Shown here piece after piece: positions 51,346-62,620 of a stretch of DNA of 64,000 nucleotides. The number at the start of each line of letters is the position of its first letter. Within the stretch, counting starts at the first letter, position 1. The notes under the pieces are model-generated. The model searched no databases and had not been told where the DNA came from. It saw nothing but the letters and a program-made list of their open reading frames with translations. A program made the translations under genes and the position numbers. Source of the DNA: Hydrolagus colliei (Eukaryota); assembly GCA_035084275.1 (NCBI GenBank), contig CM068752.1, forward strand, positions 8,184,001 through 8,248,000, in the 5' to 3' direction.

Positions 51346-52488
51346 CATTAGATGTATTAAGGGGTGGATGAATCCAGATTTGAGCCCTCTCGCATTTACA
51401 GTGCAGCTCAATCTCACACTAAGGTATTGTTGCCCTAATCGAAAGCTAGGGCTGAACAGTGGAGATTGATACGTTTGAAGTTTTTGAAGCTTGCTTGTTT
51501 ATGCTTGGGGGATTGAATGCACAGAATATTCATGGTCCAGTGGAAAAAAAATCGATAGACGTTATTTCATTCTCCAAGATTTCTTCAGCTTTTTTTTTAA
51601 AAAAAGAGTTTATTCAACCCCTGCACTACTAATCTGCTTTGATAACATATTTTTTATAACTCAACAAATGGTATTGATCATGACTCTCTCAATGATTCCA
51701 GACAACTCACTCCATCCGGGTTGGCACTTGATTTGAAAGAGATATGTGTAAATCCTGTACTCCTCGACATTGTATAACATTCATAAATGTTGTAACTACA
51801 GAATCGTTCCTGGGTTTTTAACCTTTTCAAAATGACTAGAAAATCTTCAACCCTGTTATTAGCTGGAGAACTGGATCACAATTAAGGTGTAGAATTGCCA
51901 TTTAATAGATCATGTTATCGCCAACCTGCTTTTAATCAAATCCTAATCTTATTGTTATTAAATGTTTGTTCGGTTTCCCACAAGTCTTATTGAAGGCAGC
52001 AGGGCAGGATTATAGAACACGTTTCTTCTCCATTGGTCATCAATTATTGTCGCCTTCCCAATATACTTTTCCCTTGTGAATTGAATACTGGAGACATGCC
52101 TGTCGTATTGCAATATCCCCGAGTGACAGGTGCTTTGTCTGTCTGGACTGGAACACATCCTGCAGGAATTGTGTCTGACTAAGCTGTCGACATTATAATG
52201 AGGCATTTTGCTGTACAGCCAAGGTGTGGAGAAGCAATTAAGTACTGTATTTATTCTGATTAACCACAGGAGTGTCAGAGGCGAGATCCGAGTAGGCAGC
52301 ACACAAACGTTAAAGTTCAGATGAAATTAAATCTGCTGCAGCCCAAAGCTTGTGAAAAGAGAAATTAATTTTCCAATGAACACTTTCGCTGCTGTTCTTG
52401 TCTGAACCATTGCTCGTGTGTGGAATACTTAATAAACCGTGTGTGATAGCATCACACAGTTCTGCTCGTTTTGGCAGGATTTTCGCTG

Positions 52489-52508
52489 CCCCCCCCCCCC
52501 CCCCCCCC
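52489..52508. repeat. Poly-C run (C20)
   Basis: Seen directly. Confidence 0.9.
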
Positions 52509-53227
52509 ATCCCCCTCCAAATGCCATTCGCGGATTGCCTGCAATGTGCTAAGGAACAGCAATTTGCTAAGTGGAATCAAGCGGGTTGTTATTTAAGTTA
52601 AAATTTTAACAAAGATTAAGGGGCTATTTTAATCTATTTTCTCCAGGCATTCTAATGTTCGTGAAACGAATTAGCAATATCTAAGATCATGCAAGACAGT
52701 TATAATGGAAGACAATTGATTGCTCTGCATAACACGTGTGTCATTAGCAACTATCTGTGAAAATTGAACCGGGAGGCGCACATGTAATACAAAGCCAAGA
52801 CATGTTCCCAGGCGCGATTTGTTCATGTCAGCTACTTTTAAAGTAAAAAACAAGACGGATTTTTAAACAGTTAAAGGTTAAAAACATTTCAATATGGATT
52901 GCACATGGTGTGGGGTGGGAGGTGGGGGCGTGGGGGGGCGGTGGGGTGGTGAAGGAAGGGTTTCGACCTCCCCCTCAAAAAAAAATGATGTGGACGTTTC
53001 CTCCATTGTAATCACAGAAATCTGACGGATTTAAAGCAGCAGTTACATTTCATTGGGCTTTTTTTGAATTAAAACGTTAGTCCTCCCCACCTTTTCGAGG
53101 AAATCGTCAGCATCTGGCAAAGATTATTCTCGTCTGGTTCGAGAGAAATGGTTTGCATTTGCTGGAATAATATGCAAAAGGATAACTTCCGCACTGTTGG
53201 CGCAGTCCAGCTTTAACAAGTATACGA

Positions 53228-53269
53228 TGCAATTATTGGCTGGGACTCTTTGTGTCGCTGTGTACCAAT
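53228..53269 (+). promoter_or_regulatory. CSE of V12
   Basis: TGCAATTATTGG...CTTTGTGTCGCTGTGTACCAAT; CGCT at 53256. Confidence 0.9.
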
Positions 53270-53547
53270 GAGGTACTCAAACACTGCTCCCAGTCCCACC
53301 TCTTTCCCCCCAGCCAACACGTACAGCAAAGATTCGGAAAGAAGGAAAGGCAGGGGTTTGGTGTGTTTACATCCATCGCTGAAAAAAACAGCCATGTTTT
53401 TCAACACAGTGTTGCTCAACTGCTTAGGACGTGCTTTAAGCCTTAACTAGTTCAATCGGATATTAAACTGGATACAGGTGGTCGCCGTGTTTTCTCAGTT
53501 TGCATTGGCAACAACACTCCGAATGCAAGGATTAGCTCGGACAGAGA

Positions 53548-55992
53548 ATGCAAGCGTGGTCGTTGGTTTTCCTGCTTTGTATCTGGGAGAATGTCTCTGG
53601 ACAGATCCACTTTTCGATTGCTGAAGAACTGGAATACGGCTCCTTGGTTGGGAATGTCGCTGAAGGTTTGGGGTTAGACATAAGGAACCTGGCGAGTCGC
53701 ACGCTCCGCGTTATGTCTGAGGCGAGCGAACGGTATTTTGATGTCAACTTGGAAACTGGCGATTTGTTTGTGAGTACTAAAATAGACAGGGAGAAGCTGT
53801 GTGGGCAAAGCGCCAAATGTTTCCTCAATAATGAAATCGTGGTCGAAAACCCCTTGACCCTATACAGCGCGGAGGTAGAGATATTGGATATCAACGACAA
53901 TGCCCCCAGTTTCCCTAACGGTGAGCTCCATTTGGAGATGGTGGAATCGGTTCCCCCGGGAACTCGCTTCTTGTTGCCCAGCGCTTACGACCCAGACGTG
54001 GGAGCTAATTCCATCAGGACTTATCACCTAAGTCCGAATGAGCACTTCTCGCTGGAAGTTCAGAATAGTACTGACGGCGGGATAGTGGCGGAGCTGCTGC
54101 TCAAGAAGTCTTTGGACCGAGAAGAGGTTGGGACGCATCGATTGCGCCTGACAGCCGTCGATGGCGGGATTCCGGAGCGGTCCGGCACGGCTCAGTTTGT
54201 TATTACCGTACTCGACGTTGACGACAACTGGCCGGTGTTCGGTCAGACCGTCTATCGTGTCAGTCTGATGGAAAACGCGCCAGTGGGGGCTTTGGTCATC
54301 AAACTCAACGCCACTGATTTGGACGTAGGTCCCAATGCGGATATCACATATTCCTTCAGTGACCGCACCCCCCACAGACTGCGTGACCTATTCAGCCTGG
54401 GACCCAAAACAGGGGAGATGAGGGTCAGAGGCGTGTTGGATTTCGAAGAGAACAATCTTTACGAGATCAACGTCGCGGCTAAAGACAGCCTCCACTTTGC
54501 GGTGTGTAAAGTGATGGTGGAGATACGTGATGTGAATGACAACCCACCCGAGATGACGCTGATGTCGGTGTCCAGCCCTATCCCGGAGGATGCACAGATC
54601 GGCACCATGATCGCTCTGATCCGCGTAACCGATCGGGATTCCGGTCCAAACGGCCACGCCGAGTGTCGCGCCCCACACCATGTGCCATTCGAGCTCAAGG
54701 CCTCCCTGAAGAACACTTACACCCTGGCTACCAACCGTGCCCTGGACCGGGAAACGGAGCCCCAGTACAATATTCAGATTGACTGTCGAGATGAAGGGAC
54801 CCCGCCTCTCGTCACCAACAAAACCATTCTGGTCGAGGTATCCGACGTCAATGACAACGCGCCACGTTTTCCCCAGGCTTCCTATACAGTCTATGTGCAG
54901 GAGAACAGTCCACCAGGAACTTCCATGGGTTCTGTTTCTGCCCTGGACCCAGATCAGGACCAGAACTCCCACTTGTCATATTCAGTCCTGACCACCCAGA
55001 TTAATGACATGCCTGCATCAGCCTATGTCTCCATCAGCTCAGCCAATGGTGTCCTCTATTCCCAACGCTCCTTTGACTATGAGCAACTCAAGAACTTTCA
55101 GATCCTGGTCCAAGTTCAAGATGCTGGAATGCCTCCACATGACAGCAACACAACCCTGAATGTAATAGTTCTGGATCAGAACGATAACGCACCTGTCATC
55201 ATTTCTCCATTGACAACCAATGGCTCCAAAATAGTCCTCCCTCAGTCTGCAGACCCAGGTCACTTGGTGACCAAAGTGGTGGCCACTGATGCCGATTCTG
55301 GCCAGAATGCACGGTTATTGTTTCAGCTCCTCCAAGCGACTGATCCGAGCCTATTCACCATAACCCACAATTCTGGGGAAATCCGGAGCACTCGTCGATT
55401 TTCAGAGAACGACGACTCAATTCAAAAGCTTCTTGTCCAAGTGAAAGACAATGGGCATCCACCTCTCTCTGCAACTGTCACCATTATTGTGTCAGTGACA
55501 GATGCTGCCGGAAAAACTCTTTCGGGTGAAACTGAACAAACCAGCGACTTGGGGAAGGCGTCCAACTTGGCATTTTATTTAATAGTCACGTTAGCCTCAA
55601 CCTCTTCCATTCTACTGGTGATTCTCATTGTCCTTATAGTCACCATGTGCCACTGTGACAGCAATTGGTCTGAGTGTTGCAGTTCTTCCTCCTCGTGTTG
55701 TGGTCTCAGTCGCTGGAATTCCACTGATCCATTCCCAAATTCTCACTTGTACTTTCAGACAATGCCAGACTATAAAGGAACCCCACAGTTTGTTGAGCTG
55801 GTTGGGAATGGCTCCCTCTCCAGAACATATACTTATAAAGTTCGGTCCGATCCCTTATCACGTAAGGGAGATTTTGTCTTTGTAGCACCATACAGTACAG
55901 CAACCCTACAAAATGACTCTGCAAATACAGAAACACTTCTTGCAGAATGGAGAGGGGAGATGGCAAATAAATGGACTAATGTACCAAATGAG
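53548..55992 (+). CDS. Clustered protocadherin variable exon V12 (last of group B)
   Basis: 6 EC, TM, ELVGNGSLSRTYTYKV; phase-0 donor GAG|GTGAGT after 55992. Confidence 0.95.
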
Positions 55993-56401
55993 GTGAGTGG
56001 TACAAACTAAGAGCTGAAGAGCTAAATTTCTCTCAAGGAATCTGAGAAAGGTGGTAAGTGGTGAGAGCTTGATAAACCAGCTTATTTAATAGCTTCATCA
56101 ATGTATCTGCAACATCTATTATACTAAGTTTCTAATTAATATAAGTCTATGACTATCAATCAGCAATGGACACTTTCAAGATTAGGGTCAATAGGAAGGT
56201 TCATATGTAATGTTAATATCTGTTGATTTGGCAGGACAGGCAAAACTCACTGAGTGAGAAAATGTGTGTTTGTTAGTCAATAATAACATTTTGTTGAGTG
56301 GAATATATAATGCTTCTTTGCAGTGTGAGTTCCTTTAATGTTCTTTATTGTCCGATGGTTTATTGATTTTATTTACAGTTTATACATATGTATATTTACA
56401 G

Positions 56402-56460
56402 GTAGGACAACTGAACACAGACTGGCGTTCTTCAGAACCTTACATAGCGTCAAAGATCAG
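56402..56460 (+). CDS. Pcdh constant exon 1 (59 nt)
   Basis: tttacag|GTAGGA...GATCAG|gtattg; 59 nt, phase 0 to 2; VGQLNTDWRSSEPYIASKI. Length and NTDWR motif match constant exon 1 of Pcdh-gamma (QAPPNTDWRFSQ). Confidence 0.9.
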
Positions 56461-56910
56461 GTATTGTTTTTCATCTTTGTTTAGTTCAATTTGGGCAGCT
56501 GCTGTTGACCTTGGCTCTCCTGGATGTAAAGGTTTAAAGTATTTGATTGGAATCTAGTGGCCTCTGTTGGAAAGGACTATGTTGGGCATTGAATAACTGG
56601 GTTGTGTTGGTCTTGTAAGAATCAAATTATCTGATAACACTTCATTTCAGTTTTATAGTAATCCAGTAACAGGTGTAGGTCATTTAGCTTGATTAGCCTT
56701 TTCTGCCATGTAAAGCTTGGCTATTTGATTGGGATATTGTTGTGCTGTTTATTAAACTATCTCAGCTGGAGTCTTGATTTAAGGAGGGGAGAGGAGGAAA
56801 GGAAGATAATTGCAAAATTAAACCTCAAAACTAACATCATGTCAATGTTCTCATATGGTTATTTCTGATTATAAATAATTTCAAATGTTGTTTTGCTTTG
56901 TTTTTCCCAG

Positions 56911-56996
56911 CTCCCAGTACTTGGAAGAAAACCTAGCCCAAGATGAAATTAAACGAGAATTCAACAGGCGACACACAGCTATCACTTCAGCAGCAG
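56911..56996 (+). CDS. Pcdh constant exon 2 (86 nt)
   Basis: tttttcccag|CTCCCAG...GCAGCAG|gtgagt; phase 2 to 1; (S)SQYLEENLAQDEIKREFNRRHTAITSAA. Start and phases parallel the 89-nt gamma exon (SQ...ASA). Confidence 0.88.
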
Positions 56997-59900
56997 GTGA
57001 GTGTTCGACACAAGCAGGAAACTATTCATACATTGTACATGATACAAGTGTTCATCATTTCACCACGTAAATTCAAGTTGTCTACATTCAGGTATAGATT
57101 TATGTGTGTGTATTTAGAATTATTCAACCCTAAAATTGATCAGTTTCTTTCCAGCATTGCTTACTAACAGTGATACCATTAAAATCTTTATATGAAGTTA
57201 GCTGATACATCAAAGTGTTCTGAGAAATAATAATTAAACAAAATGGCAATAAATGTCTTTAGATAGATACAGATGCAAATAATTATGAGACATAACAAAA
57301 AGTATTAACTTTTTTATAATATTCAAAAATATAGACATGTGCATGTAAAATTAATGCAGAAGTTATTACAGACAGAATAACTGCATTTTTGCTGCAGTAA
57401 AGCTTCTGCTCTCATCAACACAATAAAATTTAGTTCAAAGGAATGTTATCTGTTACCATGGTTTGATCTCTTGGATGTTTACTGCTCATATGCCACTCAA
57501 CCTAAAATGTACATGAAGAAAATATAAACCTCACACAAGATTATGTGTGCTCTCAAATGATAATTCCAGATGCCTTGCAAAAGTCCTGATATGAAAGCAG
57601 GGATTTTGTTTCTATTGTGTTAAACTTGAAATTTCACTATCTACAGTGAAAATATGTTTTACAGTATGTATTAATACATTTAAAATGAATGTATCTTATT
57701 TGTTTCTTCTGATTTGAGAAAAATACAAATAGCAAGTTTATTTGCAACAAAATGTACTTCAAGGCACAGTGCCTGGAGCTATTTATATATTTAACTGCTT
57801 ATTGTTAAGAAGATTAGGTGGTATTTGCAATTATTTATAGGAAATATAAACTCCCACCTTAAGCTGTCATACTATTTACTTTATGTGTGGTTAACCTGTT
57901 GGAGGATGGATATACTTTCTCCTATTCGTTCCGTTTGAACTTTCGTGTCATATTAATATCATGGTTACATAACAAAAACTATAAATCCACAGTGAAATCC
58001 TTTGAAGCTGAATTTTGAATATTTCTGAAAGCAGCAATCTATGAAATGTCAACTGGATATTTAATTTATATTGATTGCTCCCTAATTTTCAGTAATGCAG
58101 AATATTATCATCATCAGTCTTACTTTGGTGCTGAGTAGTATCTAGATGGATGGACAGGGACTTATAAAAATGAAGTGAAGCCAGAAGAATGGCCCATTAA
58201 AGCAGAAAAAACTATAATTTAATGCAGTATTGCATTGAAATATGTACTTATCACCCTTACTGGAAGATAAAATGTAAGTTTCACCCTTCGTATTTTCAAG
58301 GGAATTGAATGGAAATATTCAATCATTATTATAGAGTATAATTAATATGAATAGACAGCAAATATCCTTGGGCATTTAACCTTGAGCAGAGTATTGGACA
58401 AAAGTTCCGAACCTTTCCATTAAAATAGCCATAGCTGGCTCCTTTGGAAAAATATGGAAGTTAGAGCTTAACTATTATCAGACCTTATGGCTATGTTGTA
58501 CTAGAAGCATATATTTAATGTTAATAAGTGTGTTAGCGATGTGAAAACTGACTGTATAGAGCTCCATGGTTTTGGATTAATGCAAAATATAGTTCTATTA
58601 ATTGATTCATGAATTCTATTAAAATGTTGAACATTAGCAAAAAGATGATTGCTCCATTGACATTGGTAATATACAAATGACTTGTGAAGTTGCTAAAATT
58701 CAGTTTGCATTTAGATTTTGGATTTTTAAGCACAATTATAACACAGTTTCTGTACTGATGTGATATGAATTTAACTACAGATGAACATAGAAATTGCAAT
58801 GCAATTACTTATTGACAATATTCCCAAGGTCGCACAATAGAAACTTGGAATATTGTAAATTTACTTTGTTGGGTGAAAATGAAATATTTTATTGCATGCT
58901 TAGATAAGTTATTACCTTTTGATTTAAGGATTTTTTTTAAGACAGAAAGTGCCTCTGTTGTGCCTAATAATTGTTTTTTTTACAAATGTGACTCCCAAGT
59001 ACACAGCATTGACATATAATTTGGTTAAAATCCCCTAAAAAATACTTGATTGATGAGCATTCTGAGACTGGATGGATTGTCTCACAGGAATTGAATGTTG
59101 TTCTTTCGGTCCAAACTCAGTCCAGACTGGTGGAATGAAAGATGTCTTTCTTTTGGCCAAATAGTTCTTAAGTGACATGAATTTTATCAGTCTCAGTCAG
59201 TTCTTTAACCATTGTGCTGTCAGGGTATTAAATCTGCCTGGAATTGTGCATTAGTGGACACCAAATTCAGTTTCTCGCTGAGGATTGTTGACTTAGACAC
59301 ATGATATGCAACACAAAATTGAACTCCATGCCAAGGGAATTGTGAATTGGTGGATGGAAGAAACTTCACACTTCATGTAGTGAATATTGTCTCTGAGTTG
59401 AGGTGCTTGGCATTGGGAGGAACTGTGTTAAATTTTCTAGCCTCAGTGGTCTATAAATGGGGAAATCCCATATTAGAAATGCACAAATAACAAACAGAAT
59501 GTCAGCGCAGTGTTGAAATGGCTGGAAAGGTTTGATTCTTCATTTAATTAATGTTCACCCAAACAAATACATGAAACTTTCACTTCTAAATGTTATTTCT
59601 GTAAGCAGCCATTGCAAAGATTAAATTCACCCTAAATAAAACTCAAACAGTTAGTGCCTGGCAAGTGATAGGGATAATGATTTGTTAACAAGGGCATATA
59701 GTAAACATCAGCATGAGTTCTGCCCTCAAGTCAATGAAGTAACCATTAATGTCAGTATTGATGGGTTATGACATGTGCATCCTTTTAGCCATTCTGTATT
59801 TGTGAGTCCTGGTATTGAGCTGACTGCACAAGATAATGAAGTGCAATAATATGTTTGATAACATGACCCCCCAAGAGCATTTGTTTTTACTTTCATAAGC

Positions 59901-60312
59901 ATATGAGCCAAATTTGCTACTCACATGTGTCTGTGAGTAGCAACAGAGTCATTTTACTCCTAATAGTAACGCAGACTGAATGAATAACAGGTAAACTCCA
60001 ACATGGGTCTTAAACCTTTGTAGTCTGTACTATCCTGTGTCACACTATACACTCAATCAACCATTTCATTGAATTATTTCCAAATCATAGGCCATTAATA
60101 TCAAGTGGTTCAAATTCCTGTGAGGATTCTCAATAACCTCCGAATACCATTGTATGTTGGATGGAGAGACAATTGGCATTATTACGAATTCTCTGTACAA
60201 TTTCAGATAAACATAAATCAGCAAGAACGTATCTTCTTCTTTTCTTTATGATTTAATGTTGAATGTTATTTTTGTTTGGTGGGGTATGAGATCTGCAATA
60301 CATTTCCTTTGG

Positions 60313-60416
60313 AATAATAATAATATTTGCATTTTTATAGCGCCTTATCAAGTCTCTAAAACAACTCAAAGAGCTTCAGAATACAGTGTAAAGTGAATTG
60401 ACTGTATATTTTGTAG
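60313..60416 (-). mobile_element. SINE 3' tail fragment
   Basis: (AAT)n TTGCATTTTTATAGCGCC...CAGAATACAGTGTAAAGTGAATTGACTGTATATT matches the 39907 copy. Confidence 0.75.
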
Positions 60417-60524
60417 AAGTATTGAAAATGCTACGAACAAAGATAAAATATGAGGCTGTTACAGAAGATAGAGTTACATTTGTATCGCTTCATGAGAAAT
60501 GAATTGCTGTTGTTCGCCATTCAG

Positions 60525-60739
60525 AAGCTCTGTCTAATGTGACACATCAAATTAGTTGTGCTGCAGATGCCTTTTCTGTAGTAAGACTGGATGAGGCACT
60601 GGTAGCTAGTGATAATGACTGTGGAAACATACCATTGCATGATTCAGCCCCTTCAAAAAAGAAAGTGGGGGGGAAAGAAAGAATGTTGGATAGAAATGCT
60701 AATGAGGAAATTGCAGCACAAAGCAGAAAGAAACACTGA
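60525..60739 (+). CDS. Candidate constant exon 3 (terminal coding exon)
   Basis: ccattcag|AAGCT (second in-frame acceptor gctgcag|ATGCC at 60567) is phase-1 compatible and opens a frame ending in Lys-rich SKKKVGGKE...SRKKH*. It lacks the gamma VYIPG motif, so the true exon could lie beyond the window. Confidence 0.5.
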
Positions 60740-60984
60740 CCAGAATATAGTTGAAACAAAGCCAGTAGTTTTCACATCACAAAGAATGTAACAAAATGAT
60801 TTGTAAATGGTTTAGGACGGCAGGAACCAGTTTGGAACACATGACAGAAGGATGGAGGATGGTGTGGTACAGTATGTGATAGTATGTGAATCACATTCAA
60901 TGTTGGATTTCCCCCATACCCGTACTTCCTTTCTTCAGAGAGTTTTGATATATGTGAGGAATTTGGTTTATAAAAGTATAAGAA

Positions 60985-61205
60985 TTTGCTATGCAAAAGA
61001 AGACCAAGGTCGATCCAGTTCGCCATCCAGTTTGCCTTCCACCATCCTGGCAGTGTTTGACATGGAGTGTTCCCAAACTACAGCTGTATACAGAGATTTT
61101 TTTTTTTTCTAGCAGAAATCTATCTAATTTGTTCTTGAAACAAACAGCACTTTTTGCTTCCACCATCTCCCTAGGGAGCCTATTGTATAAGTTTTCTACC
61201 CGCTC
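60985..61205 (-). mobile_element. CR1-like LINE 3' fragment
   Basis: Minus ORF VEAKSAVCFKNKLDRFL resembles the CR1 ORF2 C-terminus, followed by 3'UTR-like sequence. Confidence 0.65.
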
Positions 61206-62394
61206 ACATAATTCGATAATATTCCATAAGGTAATATCTCAAATAACACAGGTAGATACCATAGCAACAGCATGCTCACTCTACAAAATTCAAACTACTG
61301 AGATGAAGGCTTTACTCTCTCTGCATTGCGCTATTTATATAAATGCACCATACCCTGCTGGTTTAATGGCAGGACTGTATGAGCAGTGAAAGTAACATTT
61401 CAAGGCAGTTAATGCATTTTGATCTTATTATCAACAGTTCTTCTGCAAAGGCATCAGCAATTATAAGGAATGATGATAATTGGCAGGCACTGCTTTATTA
61501 AACCTTGGTTACTGTTAATCATTCCATGAAATAGGAATTTTGCATTAGAATATTTATTCAGGGTAACTAATCATCTTGAGTGTTTATAAGTCTCACAAGT
61601 CTAGTATTGTATTGCCAACATCATTGCTTGTATTAAATTACCAGGCATTTAGAGTCAGTGAGCATAGGGAATTGTTGTGATTTTATTAAATTGTAGGGTA
61701 TCTCAATGGTTCTTTGATGAGAACATTTTGCTTTTGTCTAGAACGTCTGATTGTGTAATTTTTTTAAATTACATTTTTTAATGCATCATGGTATTTTTCT
61801 CTTCAATTTTCTTTCCTCCTTAGCTGAAGGATCTCAGCTGAGATGTTAGTCAGTTGTCTAAATGTCCTTGAGCTGGGGGGAGAGGGTAAAATCGGACAGA
61901 GTTTCTACTAACCCATCTTTGTGGTACTCGTGTGGACCTGAAACACAGATGCCATCCTTTAGTTTTGTGATGGATGAAGGTCAAAATATTTAGTAGTTTA
62001 CACTGTCTAGATTCACACCTCGGAATGACAATGGACAGCCGTTAGCAATTGTGTATCTATTTTCTAATATTTGTCATTGTAGTATGGAAAGGAAGCTGAA
62101 AGAAGCATTGAGTGAAAGAAAAAGAATAGTGTGTCATTGGGGTCATCAGCACAGTTTCCCATGTCAGTGAAAACGCTATTGGCATATGGCTAATAGTTCC
62201 ATTTAAATAATCTGGCAATAAATTTAGTATTCACCAGTTTCTACAGTGATAAATGATTACCTCCATTTATTAAAAATAAATGAGTGTCACAATATGGTCA
62301 AACAAATTGAAAAATGATCTGAACATATTCTGTAATTAACAGCAAAGAAGACATCTTCACTGCCGATTTAAATTCCAGGCCATCTCTATATTTA

Positions 62395-62620
62395 CAACAA
62401 CAACAAAATTACACTTGAGGACCAGGATCTTGAGTTGGATCCTCTGGATGATGGGGAGCCAGGATTCGGCAAGGATGGGGAAAATGGGGTCATGGAGTTT
62501 GAAACAGTAGAGGACACGGGCCGCAAAGTTCTCGATCATCTGAAACCTGTGGAGAAAGGAATTGGGAAGGCCGACAAGCAGGGCATTTGCATAGTCGAGC
62601 CGGGTTGTAATGAAGGCATG
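62395..62620 (-). mobile_element. Older, internally deleted L2 fragment
   Basis: HAFITTRLDYANALLVGLP...WLPIIQRIQLKILVLK joined directly to a (TTG)n tail. Confidence 0.8.

Noticed and set aside
3693-53269. Periodic ~25-nt repeat resembling a CRISPR or recombination repeat, and small ORFs containing SLSTN
   Set aside because: Spacing is kilobases with one copy per gene promoter. It is the Pcdh CSE, and the peptides are its incidental translation.
56556-56570. Reverse-oriented CTCF-like site (CCAACAGAGGCCACT on minus) as an HS5-1-type anchor
   Set aside because: Two mismatches to the core including a key G, and no upstream module. Too weak without ChIP data.
58093-58225. Possible exon after ttttcag/gcag in the second constant intron
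   Set aside because: Early in-frame stops and no similarity to Pcdh constant sequence.
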